Assembly: GCF_030684315.1 (NCBI RefSeq)
Contig: NC_081396.1
Coordinates: 1,302,001 to 1,366,000, forward strand
Direction of reading: 5' to 3'
Length of the DNA: 64,000 nt
From: Stegostoma tigrinum
Lineage: Eukaryota
Part shown: one piece after another, positions 39,850-51,860 of the stretch
Layout of the letters: each line of letters opens with the position of its first letter
How positions within the stretch are numbered: the stretch's first letter is position 1
The notes under the pieces: generated by a model
The model's input: the letters and a program-made list of their open reading frames with translations, nothing else
Database searches by the model: none
What the model was told of the DNA's origin: nothing
Made by a program: the position numbers and the translations under genes

Positions 39850-40650
39850 GGTTGAAAAGTCAGACGGATGACAGAAAAATGTCAATGCTGAGAAGTGGGA
39901 GGTGATGCATTTTCAAACACCGCATATGAAGACACGGAAGAATGTTATTATTCCATCCTAAAGTAGCAGAGAAACCTGGTTGTTTATGTGCATATGTCAG
40001 GGAAGATGGTAGGATCGGCAGAGCAATAAATTATGAAAGGAAAGAATATTTGAACATTTATGCATTCTAAAAAAGTGTATTGATTCATGGACGGTTCGTT
40101 AAAGGCATTAAAGAAACTGTTGATATTTCAGCTGGAAAATTAGGCACAGTTTTGGGTGCCAAATATTAGGCAGCATGTGAACGCATTACAGACTGCAAAG
40201 GAGGTTTATGAGTATGCTTTCAGTAATGACAAGCATTATTACAGAAGACTGCTTGAAAAAAAATGTGCATTGCATCTTAGAGAGTAGACGACTTGGCTGA
40301 TGTTTGATCATTTTCAAAATCATAAGCAGGTTTGGACATTGTAACCAGAGAAAATCTATTCTCACATTTAATAGTATCAAGAATGGAATTCTTCAGCTTC
40401 CAGCAATTTACAAAAGCACACAAATGAGTTATGGGAATAAAATTTCCTTTCTTTGCAGAAAGTAGCTCAGATCTGGAATTAATTTCCCAGATGTGTGGTG
40501 AAGGGAGGTTAAACCGACGCTTGCAAGAATGCATCCGATGATTGTCTCAACAGAAACAATAGTAAAGGTTTTCGAGATAAAGAAAACAGCAAATCAACAA
40601 TATGTCATAATGCTCATTTAGACAGTCAGAAGACGGCACAATCAGAATGT
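39850..40650 (+). mobile_element. Old CR1 LINE ORF2 3' fragment
   Basis: aatgctgagaagtgggaggtgatgcatttt (NAEKWEVMHF), cagctggaaaattaggcacagttttggg, caaaggaggttta. Confidence 0.7.
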
Positions 40651-41049
40651 TGGTTTCCTTCTGCACCATGACTATTTTTTTGCGTATCTTTATCAATAAC
40701 AATGCAATTAACGAAGATCTAACTGTCAATCTCCTATCGCTTAAAGCAGAAGAGAACGGGGCAAGCCTTGCTCATAATGTAGCTGGAAGCGCAGGAATGA
40801 GACCAGAAACTTTGTTGTCTGAAACTCAACTATTCCCTCCACAAGTGTCGTTTAATTATCATAAAGTCAGTAACTACAGTGTTAAGGAGTGCATACAATC
40901 TGCCTGGACGTGTACAGTTCCACTATTATTCAAGTGGGTTAATTTAATGTGATAAAAAGCAATTCAGTTGATTGGACCCCATTGAAAACATCTAACATTA
41001 TTCAGCAATGAAACAGAATGACAGCAGTATGCGACGTCTGTTTCTTTTA

Positions 41050-41720
41050 AAATTTATTCACTCTTACAAATTGGGAGTTACTGGCTGACTGATTTATTTT
41101 TCATCCCTAGCTGCTCTTGAGAAGGTGGAACTGCCACAGTTCACTTGCTGTAAATCGTGTGGCATTGCACTGGATATTGACAAGTGTATTGAGTGTTGCT
41201 GGCGTTACATCCTTTCAACCAATTGAAGAGCAATCCATTTCACTGCTGACGTTTGCCTTGTAAATGGCAGGCGGACTTTAAGTAATCAGGAAGTGAGTTA
41301 CTCACCGTATTATTGCTATAATCTGACCTGCTCCTGCAACCGCTTGATATGTGACAGATACAGTTGAGTTTCTGATCAAATGCCACGACAATGTTGGTGA
41401 TAGTTGGGTATTCACTGATGACAATTTCAACATCAAGGCTCTGTGATTAGATTGTGTTATATTGGAAATGGTCATTGTCTGCATTTGTGTGCTGCGAATG
41501 TTACTTCCCACTTGTGAGTCCAAGCTTGCCTGCATATTGCTGCATTTCCACATGCAATATTTCAGTATCAGAAAAGTCATGAATTGCGCTGAATATTGTG
41601 CAATTATCGCCTGACATCCTCACTTCTGATTTTATCGTTGATTGAAGATCATTGATACAACAGCCAAAGACCAATCCAATAATAATTAGCAACTGCAATG
41701 AGACTAGCTTTAGTCTGAAT
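41050..41720 (-). mobile_element. Old CR1-type LINE 3' fragment
   Basis: Minus-strand TIKSEVRMSGDNCTIFSAIHDFSDTEILHVEMQQ (RT domain, FADDCT region) and the 3' tail at 41050..41130. Confidence 0.7.
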
Positions 41721-42081
41721 TTTTTCCTTGTTGTGACATGATGAAAGGTTTCTATGCAGATCATTGACAAATTATTTAACTTCTCTGATGCGTTTCAGAC
41801 TTGCTGGTGACAAACCAAAAATTACAAATATGTGAGAAGTGCATCTTTACTTTGATTCGAGCTGACAATTTCACAACTGGTTTTGAAAATGACCGACATT
41901 AATATTGAGCAACATTACGAGGAGCTAATTTTAAAACTACATCCTCCTACATATGCAGGTACTACTGACATCACTCGAAATGCACCTTCTTTCTATTTCA
42001 AATGTATCCAGTCACCAGATGAGATACATTATCATGACATAATGATAACATAATGACATTCTGTAATTTGAAATTTCTGCA

Positions 42082-42387
42082 GTCTCCCAAGAGCCGGTTT
42101 CAGTGATGAGGTTTGATGAAGTTACAGTGAACATTAATTACAGCCATTCAACCACAACTAATCTTTGCAACAATATCGACAGAACTAGCACAATCCTGAT
42201 TATATTCCGACTGATGTATATTATTAGAGCACAGGGAATAGACCCTCCACTTTCTGCTCATATTGAACGTCTGAAAAAGTAAGGGTAATTCCTCCATCCG
42301 TGAGCTCCACCGATCTAAAAGTACAGTATATTATAAAGGACTATGAGAAAGAGTGACAGGAATTGGAGAAAGTTTCATTCAAAGCAA
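42082..42387 (+). pseudogene. Decayed TCR alpha/delta-like V segment plus RSS relic
   Basis: Across three frameshifts: VSQEPVSVMRFDEVTVNINYSHSTTTN / LQQYRQN*HNPDYI / AQGIDPPLSAHIERLKK / SIRELHRSKSTVYYKGL, then AAGAGTG-acaggaa.. 23 nt. The positions of the two canonical Cys are 196 nt apart; possible leader donor gcag|gtact at ~41959. Confidence 0.7.
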
Positions 42388-42464
42388 AACACTCCCATGG
42401 GTCAAGGTGAATGGCATAAAGTCTGTGATATATTGAGTATCAGCAATTTTTGACTTTAACTTCC

Positions 42465-42775
42465 AGACGATATCTCTCCATTACTGATACTATCAGCTTA
42501 AATACAAGAGTGAGTTTCAGGTTTCTTTCACTTTATAGTGAGGACGTAGCAAGAGAAGCACCTTGCAGTTGTTAAAGCTTCCTCTTGAACATGCAAAACG
42601 TTCGGTTTCTCCATTTCACTGGCATACTTTTCCATCTCCGTTTAACTGTTGCCAACACAGAATGACAAGTGAAAACATTTTTCTTGTGTGTCTTGCGAAG
42701 AGGGTTATCAGAATTCAACATTCAGCACACTCAAACTGATTCGTCACAGTGAGTGGGAACAAAGAAAACACAACT
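42465..42775 (+). pseudogene. Decayed VH-like V segment with leader relic and perfect RSS heptamer
   Basis: Leader relic TISL..LILSA, gtgagt at 42510, collapsed intron, tttcag|GT; IVRT*QE (cf. IVLTQPE)..TCKTFGFSIS; R..TE*QV (cf. LEWLV); FNIQHTQTDS; CACAGTG at 42745..42751 followed by agtgggaac. Confidence 0.6.
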
Positions 42776-43089
42776 TCATACTCTAATTTCCACACCTGTG
42801 TTTCTTTTGCTGAATCGATGTATTTCAGGTCACTAAATGATCAAACGCGCTGTCTGGCTAAGTTAGCCATCTAGCTATCTGTAAAGTCCGTTCACCATCA
42901 AGCTGTCTGTTCAGTTATTTATGAGTTAAGATGCCTGCCATATCATTTCAACATCAAAATATCTGTCAGGTCATTTAGAATATAGCCCCCTTTTAAAGCA
43001 GTTCGTGATCACGCTCTTTCTACACTTAGTGAGAGTTCGTACTGCTTCTCAGGTGAGTTTATGACTACCTGTCTGCGCTAATTTAAGTA

Positions 43090-43885
43090 ACATGCAACAA
43101 TGTGCAGCAACATGGAACTGCACCAAGAGAAAGAGGAATGCCTCTTCCACGTATTCAAGGGTAATGGATACCCAAAGAACTTGGTCAGGAGATGACTGCA
43201 GGAACAGCATCAGAAAGATTCGACACGACCTGACACACTCATCACACTACCCTACATCACAAACACGTCAGAACTCACCACAAAACTTTTATGACCTCTG
43301 GGCATCAGAGTGACACACAAACCTACATCAACCCTCCGACAAGTGTTCATCCGAACTAAGGACCCACTCCCCGCCATGGACAGAAATAGTGTCATCTACA
43401 AGACCCCCTGTAGAAACTGTGAGAAACGCTCTATCTGATAAACAGGAAGGAAACTAACAACAAGAGCACATGAGCACCAAGTGCCTACAAAAAGACACGA
43501 CCAATACTCACTCATCTCAGTCCACATGGACAAGGAGAACCACGGCTCCAACTTGGACAATACCAAGATCCTGGGACAGGTTAGGCCGAGACAAACGCGC
43601 GGATTCCTGGAAGCATGGCACTCCACGAAGCAGGCTATTAATAAACACATTGAACTCGACCGCACAAACATTCCACTATGGAGGAAACCCGGAAGTGGGG
43701 AAATCCGTCGCAATTAACCACAGACTTTAAAAACCTGCTGGGAATACACACCGATGCTTCATTAGAGGCTGCACTGAGGATGTTACCAAACAACGTACCG
43801 AAGTGTCTGCAGAACAAAAAACCAGGTTGGGGCGGCCAACCAACCTCAACACGCACAACCCGAGCTACAGATCTATTCCAAAACA
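43090..43885 (+). mobile_element. Penelope-like element 3' part (GIY-YIG endonuclease), second PLE family
   Basis: VFKGNGYPKNL, TLPYI, KDPLPAMDRNSVIYKTPCRNCEKRSI*, RAHEHQ, FLEAWHS motifs; hammerhead-like gcaCTGAGGA..GAAGTGTCtgc at 43771..43810. Confidence 0.85.
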
Positions 43886-44294
43886 TTGGAGAGATTAGTT
43901 CAGCATGCAAATGTACTACCAAGGAGTGTGTGCATGACACGTTCATTTGAGACATTAAGGGGGACAGCTAAAAACTTCAACGGAAGCAATGTCTGCATAT
44001 TACGAGGGAAAGGCAGCCCTTCAGCTCTAAGTAAAAAGCTCAGAGAGTCAGTGGAGATCAAATGATGGGAGAGACAGAATTCACCGTGACTGTTCTGAGA
44101 ACTCTATGATCATACAACACAGTAAAAAGAAACTTTAAAGTTATATTCCCAGCACTAGGCGACATGTATAACTACTTTTTGTCATTTCAATAAATCTAAT
44201 TGTTGTTTCAAGGTGGTGGATTTTCAACCAATACGACGTGATTATCTCCATGAAATTATTTCAAATCTGTCCGAAACTTCTGCTCTTTTCTCAG

Positions 44295-44495
44295 TATTCT
44301 TCAAACGGCTTATAAAGTTAGGGCAATATCTCTTTAAAAATTGATCATGACAAAGGAAAGCATCACTACAATCTGCATGTCGTGAGTAGCATATTGCCAG
44401 TACTGCTCTCATAAATCTTCCCTTTCGCCACTCCAAGTGACAGATATCTGTACTAATGTGTGGAACACAGAGTTGAGCACAATTATTCATTTGCT
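44295..44495 (+). pseudogene. Internally deleted V segment relic plus RSS heptamer
   Basis: Acceptor ctcttttctcag; IKLGQ..ACRE*HIASTALI; 3' SDRYLY*CVE (cf. SDSALYYC) directly followed by CACAGAG at 44466..44472. Confidence 0.5.
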
Positions 44496-44749
44496 GCTTC
44501 ACAAGTGATTTCTCATTATTCAGTATTAATTTCTTAAATTGCAGATCATGTCCTCATTAATGTTGCAAAGAATCTCATCAATATGATTTTTGTTTGAACA
44601 CAAGACTTTGGTCAATTTGTATTATAGCATTCCAAGATGTGTTTATTTCACATTTCAGGTTCCCATCGCTCTTTCAAATTATGCCAATTAGTTTCTTCTG
44701 TCTTCTTTCTTCTTACTTTGCAAAGTTGTTCATTGACTGCCAGTCATTA

Positions 44750-45350
44750 CAGGATGATCTAATTCCGTGATTTAAAAAAAAAATCTAGTTTGTGCTACAT
44801 TACCTTCATTAAACTCCATTTGTCATTGGTCGGCTCACTTCCCCAGCTCATCAAAAATGTGCAGTGATTTCTGATAATCTTCGTCACTGTTCATGGTATC
44901 ACCAATTTTACTGTCATCCACAAGCTTACTATTTCTGCTGCGTACACATTGAGCTAAATATTTGCAATATATAAGAGACAGCAATAGGCCCAACATTGAC
45001 TACTGTTGCACACCACTACTCACAGATCACCAGCCTGGCTAGCATCCATTCACTATTACTCTATCCTCCAAGCCAATTTTGTAAACAATTCTTCCCCTGC
45101 ATTCTTTCCATCTCGCCTTCTAGGCAGCCTACCATGTGCAAACTTATCAGAGGCCTTTGTGAAACCCATTACATCTACTGCGTTGCCAGCATCAACATTC
45201 TTGAAGACTCCATCAAAGAAATTTGTCAGGTGTAACATCCCCCACACGAAGCTATGCTGTCTGCTCATAGTCAAGCCCTATGTTTCCAGATGCATATATA
45301 CTTTATCCGACAGAATCTTCTCAAGTAACTTATCAACCATAGTCAGTCGG
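44750..45350 (-). mobile_element. Old CR1 LINE RT fragment
   Basis: Minus-strand QHSFVWGMLHLTNFFDGVFKNVDAGNAVDVMGFTKASDKFAHGRL (cf. QHGF..CLTN..VD.G..VDV..DF.KAFDKV.H.RL). Confidence 0.8.
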
Positions 45351-45673
45351 ATTTTTGCAACAATGTCACACAGTTTTCTGTCGAGTGATGGTCATTCCGT
45401 AATTCGGTGGTTGATCCAGTGGATCAAGTTCGTTGCTTATTTGTATTTGTTACTGTATACGTTTAAGGTTTTCCATTTTGTCTTTCGCCAAGAAAGACAA
45501 GATGGAAAACAAAGAGTGAAAAACAAAGAGTGAAAATGAAAGAAGACTTTTTTTCTGGGTGCTCTAGATGAACTTTCTCCTCCGATGCTTGTGGAATATG
45601 TAGCTTTTAAACATATGCATCAAAAGCAATGAGATTCCTGATTTCAGGCATATTTGTTTTTTTTTCATTTAAG

Positions 45674-45990
45674 GCCTCCCAGTGCTGCCCAAGCAGCAGT
45701 AGAGACATCCCCGCAAATTTCTGAAATAGAATGTCAGTAAAGGTAATTAGTTTGACAAACGAATTTCGAGGGAGAATTTGTATGCATGATGGACTCCATC
45801 AATGCATATAATTAAATTCTCTGCAGCTGTGGATACAAATTGACTAAACACATCGCCAAGAAATCGAAAATATGTAGAAGTGTATGGGTCAGTTCAACGA
45901 AGACATCCTTTTCAAAAAAGTCACTGAGAAGCCTTGTAAGAGCTTGTTTAGCATGGATCCCACAGGGAAAAAAAATGGTTAGCCATACAC
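45674..45990 (+). pseudogene. Decayed VL/TCRgamma-like V segment relic
   Basis: Phase-1 acceptor tttcatttaag; PVLPKQ (cf. PVLTQ), IECQ, W-LHQ, KKVTEK, CLAWI then CACAGGG at 45961..45967; exon length ~287 nt. Confidence 0.45.
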
Positions 45991-48619
45991 GGAGGTCTTG
46001 AACAGGAATCCGTGTGCAAGTTGCTAAGTTCATCACATCAATAAATATTGATTCACACAATGGAGTTTACAATGATATCGTCCATCAGTGCAACCATCTT
46101 TGCCTTTGTTAGAATGCTGCATTGATGAATAAGCTAGCTATATCACATAAGCACATGGACACTGCATTATGACTGATTGACATTTTTGTATGATCTTCAG
46201 AACTAAGACAACATTATTCACTACATTTAAATGAAACTAACTCAAAACCACAATATGTTCAATCATTGCTTTTCAGAGATAAGATGATGTGCAAATGAAT
46301 GTCATGTGCCTTTGGCGGCTTATGCATATTTTATATGATCCCAATGAGCCTTTTCTTTCAACTGTGTTACATTTTGGGAAAATAGCAAGTTCTGTCCATG
46401 TGGGTGTTATTTCTTACACAAGTGAAGAAAGTTTTTATTTATTAAAATTTACTTTTGAATCACGTGCAATGACTCAGTTTTAGTGATGAACATTGAACAC
46501 ATCCACGAACAACTCCACCATTCTGTGTACATTTTATGCCTCAACCACAAAAAGTAACCTTTATAACTGTGCTCAGCATGGAAGTACCAAGATTCATCAG
46601 CTGAGGTAATGTGGTAATAAATAAGGGTTTCCCTTTTTTTGCCAATGATTAAACTGAGAATGTAAGAATTCTTCGTGTTTCATGTACTTCCAAATGACTT
46701 CAAATTTCACCACTCGCCACCTGTGCGAGTTCTATGGAATTAGCTACAATGCACAGTTCTGTTGGTGTTTTGCCATCTCAAGGATAAATCTCACAATCTT
46801 TTGCACATTTTTGCATCACAATAAGGAGCACGTTTCAAGATCGACAGGACAGATTATGTTTTGCCAATGTTCAATGACTAGAATGATGCAAAATGGTCTC
46901 ATGTGCTTTCGTAAAAGAACTCCGTAAGAGTTTGCTGCAGCTGAGTGAGCAGCTAGGAAGTTTCAGAAATTTAGGGGCAATCACATTACGGTGAGGCTGG
47001 GAGAATTGTACAGCTGACCATGTAAGTGCAAACATTGAAGAAATCAGATGGCTTTTTACCAGTACCTGTATCCATAATTTCTTTGTCAGCATTGCTGAAA
47101 GTTCAGATAATTGATTTTAATTCATTTCACCCGATCTGATAACCTGTTAAATAATATCTCTGGGATCTTAGCCCGCAACACTATATCACTGAAGCTCTAA
47201 CACGACGATGATGTAAATGTTCCTTCGGCATGGATATTGTTGGAGTTAATTACTCAAAATGAATCAAACATGGGATTCTTCCACTTTGTACATGAATTTC
47301 AAGCTACTTCGTGAATGGTTAAAAGAAACAAATCAATTTTCTACAAGGACCTTTGTCAGCATCATTTCACAAATTCTGGGCATGCTCATACAAATCAACA
47401 TAAAGTACCTCCATGTGACAAGAACGAATTACTTGAATTTGGAATGAATTTGGACTGCCTCGATTTGTTTGATGAAGCATAATTAATGTTAATGCAACAT
47501 AATTCTGCCGCCAGAATTAACTGCAGTTAGAAATACGAGATTGCTTGAAATTGTCCAAGATGGCATGCTTGTTTCATTGTTCCACCTATTATTTTCAGAA
47601 ATGCATGCTCCACTAACTGGCCTTGTATTTGCCATTTACTATCCAATCTTTTCGCTGTTCCAGTTATGACATGATCGATTGCTATGCAAGACAAAGGCTA
47701 AACTTATTACATTGATGATTTATGGAAAGCACCACAGATTTATATTTATTGCAAAGTGTTCTTAACTTATAGTTGTTCATTGCTGAACTTTTTTCTGAGT
47801 TTCTTCCTTAGGGACTGCATTTTTGCATTTTTGTGGAGCCTTTGTTTAAAGGAGCAATGTTCTGTATAAGATGTTACGGTATCATATTTGTTGTATGAAT
47901 GTTTAATTCATTTATTGATGTTCTTGTGCCAGATTTTCGCAATATTTTCAATCATAGACTATTCATTTCTGGCAGATTTTGCATTTGCTGCTCAAATTCC
48001 GATTCCCGAGACAAGGAACCTGGCTATGGTCTCCAGTTTTGGGAGCCAAGGTCCGTGTGTGGCAACCCAATGATTTAGACGGTGGAGACAGTGTGTTGGG
48101 TGTCGGTTTCAGGTCAGCCTGGCGGCAGATAATGTGTGCCAGCGGTTCAAAAATTCCGAGCAATAAGATAGAAACAATTCATCAACAAGTACTAAAAGTG
48201 TCTGAATTACGATCTTGTGCTGACTCCTTTTGCTGGGGAGGGTTTGCTGGATTCTTTCTAAAAATGGTATGGATTTGCACATTAGCACAGAAATAGCTCC
48301 AGTATGCTCTCCGAGACAGTGGAATGAGATTTGTTGCATAGTGACCGATGTACTCAAGAGGAGGAGATTGGTATCAGTGACCATTGGGCTGGTTGATATC
48401 AGGTATGAGGCAATTTATGTTACTGAATCTCGGCGAGTTTAGATCAGGTAAAACGAGAGTTGTGTAGTGACTGTTGGCGAGATTATATTGGACAGGAGAA
48501 GACTGATGTCAGTGACTTTGTGATAGGTTCATATCAGACAGGACAAACAGGTTGAATTTCAAGAGACACAGCCAAAACTGTGGACGCTGCAGTCAGAAAG
48601 AGCCAGTGTGAAGCAGGCG

Positions 48620-48958
48620 AGGTCGTGGCCGAGTGATATTAGCGCTGGACTGTTCATCCAAGACTGAGATAATGTCCTTCAGCCCCAGGTTCGAATCCCC
48701 CCATGGCAATGCCATAATCTGGAACCGAGAATCTAATGATGGTTATGAATCCATTGTCGATTGCTTGAAAAAATCATCTGGTTCACTAATATCCTTTAGG
48801 AAAGGAAATCTGACATCCTTACATGGTCCGGCCTACATATGACTCCAGACCCACAGCAATTTGATTGACTCTTAACTTCGCACTGGGCAGTTAGGAATGT
48901 AAAATAAATGCTGCTGGTTGCAGACGCCCTCAACCTCTGATTGACAATTAAAAAAAAA
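48620..48958 (+). mobile_element. tRNA-derived SINE with poly(A) end, inserted in a PLE tail
   Basis: A box TGGCCGAGTGA, B box GGTTCGAATCC, body ggttcactaatatcctttaggaaaggaaatctg..gactccagacccacagcaat; related decayed copy at 51880..52163/53798..53880. Confidence 0.8.
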
Positions 48959-48959
48959 C

Positions 48960-49590
48960 ATGAAAAGGAGCAGCGCATCAGAGGAACAGGACAGTTAATG
49001 TTTCCCTGCGGAACCCTGGTCTTCAGAAATGGTGGGGTTGGGGTGGGGTGAACGGACCGGGGGAAAAAGTACAGAGAGGATGGTTGGGGTTGGAGAAGGT
49101 ATGTGAGTGCAGGTAGGGAGTTGTGGGGTTAGGTCGGTGGGATGTTTGGGGTGGATAGTTGGGAGTGAAGATGTAGAGATAGTGTAAATCGCACCCATGC
49201 TTCTGAAGAACTATATTATTGAAGAAAAAGTGGCATAAATGCTGAAAGTTTGGAGCAGAGAGATAAAGGGTGAGGGGATAGACAGAGGTAGCAACCAGTT
49301 TAGAAAAAAAAATGATAGGAGGTGAAACATGACAGTAAACCAGGGTAAAAAGAACACTCATAATGTGAACCATATGTAAGTGAAAAATTGTTGGTTGTGC
49401 CTGAAGGAGACCATGTCATTACGGAACCTTGGTGTAGTGGTGACAAAAGAGTGGACAATATGGAGTTGCATTTCTGAAATAATTGAAATCGATATTGAAT
49501 TCTGAAGGTTGCAGACTTCTCAGGCCGAAAATGGAACGCAGATTTCCAGCCTGATCTGAATCTTGTTGCACCACTACAGCAGGCACGAGA
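48960..49590 (-). mobile_element. Decayed PLE 3' end (GIY-YIG C-terminus, purine/pyrimidine-biased pLTR, hammerhead-like core at ~48995..49026)
   Basis: Minus-strand IFGLRSLQPSEFNIDFNYF (cf. RLGTLQPNGIKVDF at 53.3 kb); CTGAAGA..GAAACATTA. Confidence 0.65.
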
Positions 49591-49602
49591 TACAAACTGT
49601 TT

Positions 49603-49735
49603 CAGAGATAGTAGGAACTGCAAATGCTGGAGAATCTGAGATAATAAGGTGTAGAGGTATATGAACACAGCAGGCCATGCAGCTTCGGAGGAGCAGGACA
49701 GCTGAAGCTTCGGGCCCAGACCCTTCTTCAGAAAT
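49603..49735 (-). mobile_element. PLE terminal fragment with hammerhead core
   Basis: Reverse complement of the 53670..53797 tail: CTGAAGAagggtctgggcccGAAGCTTC..gattctccagcatttgcagttcctactatctct. Confidence 0.8.
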
Positions 49736-49739
49736 TTCT

Positions 49740-50510
49740 TTAAGAGATTTTGTTCATTGTTAAACTTACGTCTGACTTTTCCGAGTCACTGCTTAAATGG
49801 ATCGGTTCGTGTAACAGCTCAGGAGCTGAATCTTTAACATTAACTTGGAGAACGAATCTTGGATCATTAAAAGTGGAAACTGAGAAGTAAGTTTAGTTTG
49901 TAAATTGAAAAGAGGAATATTTAAAACCTATTTCATACATAACAAGATGAGGCTTCCAGGTATGGGAAAGAGTAAAGCAATGGAATTTATCTGGTTCTGC
50001 ATCTCTGGGTCGCTCTGATTCTCTCCACTGCTGCTTCTGGTCCAACTTCTGCGATGGGCCTTACTAGTAACTGCCAAATGCCTGATAGTAATATTACTGA
50101 GCAGTTAAATCAGGGTAAAAGGTGGATCGGATCTAAAACACATGCAAACCATTCAGAGGCTGTCCATACAAGGGAGGTGTATAAACTTGACATCGCATTA
50201 CAAAACTACAGGATCTTGTTACTTAGGTATAGTGACTCGTTTATCAAGTACAGGACAATATTCTTTGAACTGTTCAACAAACCAACCGACCCGATGACCA
50301 CGGCTGCTCTTTTCTCTGGACAGTGTTTTGTTTTCAGCTTCTGGCAACAAATAGCTATAAATTGATCAAACGTGAAAGCAACAGTTAATCTGACAAAACT
50401 CTCCATGGCTTCATACGTTGTCAAGGAAATGAATATACACTGGAGTAACTGGACATAAAGCTAACAGGAAAACCAACGCCGGTAAATTGCATTAACTGGA
50501 TCAGTTATTC
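49740..50510 (-). pseudogene. Old GPR139-like pseudogene E (different subfamily)
   Basis: FPVSFM..TPV; RLTVAFTFDQFIAICCQKLKTKHCPEKRAAVVIG; LYTSLVWTASEW; NITIRHLAVTSKAHRR..GENQSDPEMQNQINSIALLF..GSLILL; IQLLSCYTNRSI*AVT; many stops and frameshifts. Confidence 0.88.
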
Positions 50511-51229
50511 AGCCATGTATTTTCTCGATTTGAAGCCGTGGTGTCTGCTGCTGATGTAGAGGCTGTAGAGATTGGCAATAAAAAGCTCAGAGATTTGTCC
50601 AGTTATAAGAGTACCAAATCTACGGAGAGCCAGTTTGGTTCCCCAGATATTTAGAATTTTTGAACAAATAGATGCTGCTGCCACTTTCTAGTTGGCAGGC
50701 ATTAGAATGTTGGGAATATCTTGTGAGATGACTGTCGAGTCTTCTCATCCCTTGCTGACCTGACCAGTTTTGTTTTACTGTGGTTTGATAGCACTTCGAC
50801 AAATCAAAATAAAGCTTTCTCACGTAGGTTATTATTTTCTGTAACACAATCTCACTGGGCTTAGTCTTCAGGATTTTATTTTCTGCGCCACAGTGAAGGG
50901 ATTTTGTTAGCTGTGCGGTTCGATGCTCAACAGCGTGGCTGTAGGACAGTATCTGAGAAAGACCATGGTGGTGATACTAAATTCGAAGTGAATGTACTTA
51001 CACAGCAGACGTTTCACTAATGCAATAGATAGTGTTTCCAATGCAAGGTGTAGACATGGAAATTAATAGGTACATATAGAAGCGTTAATGACACAAAATA
51101 ATTGAGGGAACCATGTATAAACAGAGAAGGGACGAGTATAACGGAATCAGAGGCCGTTCATAAAGTAACAAAAAGATTTAGGAAGCAAAACAACGTGGGT
51201 TATAAATCACGGAGTTCTTTCCAATATTA

Positions 51230-51860
51230 GATCCTGGCATGTTACTGCTGAGGGCAACATTTAATGTCATGGAACAGGTGGTGATGTGATCTGCATACTT
51301 GTACTGACAAAGTATATAGATCACTCAAAGAAATGTTAAAAGTGGAGTATGAGGACTTCTGTCCGGCAAGGTTGTTATAAGTCAGGGCGATCTGTGACTT
51401 GGACAGGAGTTTGAATATTTTCTTATGACGAGTTACCCTAGTCCTTCCAGATGGTGGCGTTGGCAAGTGTGGGAGGTACTGACCAAAAAACATTCGTGAG
51501 TTGTTGCAATGCATAACGAAGATGGCACTCACTGTCGCTAATTTGCATTGTTGATGACGAGAATAGAGATTGAAGATAATGTATGTGGTATTAATCACAT
51601 CGATTACATGACTTGCATGGTGCCGACATTTTTAATCTGGAGTTGAACACATCAGCCTGGAGAAATGGTTTCCATCAAATTGTTCAACTCTGCCTTGTCG
51701 ATGGTGGATAGTGGGCAGGTATTTGAGGAAAAGAAATGAGTAACTCACCACAAAATCCCAATCCTCTGGCCTGCTCCTGTAGGCATGGCATTTATACTAA
51801 GGATTATTAAAATTTAGAGTAAATGTAAAGTCAGATGGTGATAGTCATGGATTGAGTTAT
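51230..51860 (-). mobile_element. Old CR1-type LINE fragments
   Basis: tgagtaactcacc..ctctggcctgctcctgtag and related segments shared with 41290..41350. Confidence 0.5.

Noticed and set aside
44242-44502. Minus-strand AF..DQF..C..TEKRAEV resembling the GPCR TM3-ICL2 region
   Set aside because: No other GPCR motifs nearby; the match is largely the reverse complement of a polypyrimidine tract and the + strand V-relic reading fits better.
48455-48500. CSDCWRDYIGQ resembling a GIY-YIG motif
   Set aside because: Too short and without flanking PLE homology on that strand; at most a TE scrap.
48620-48700. tRNA gene
   Set aside because: A and B boxes are present but continue into a SINE body with a poly(A) tail; no cloverleaf.
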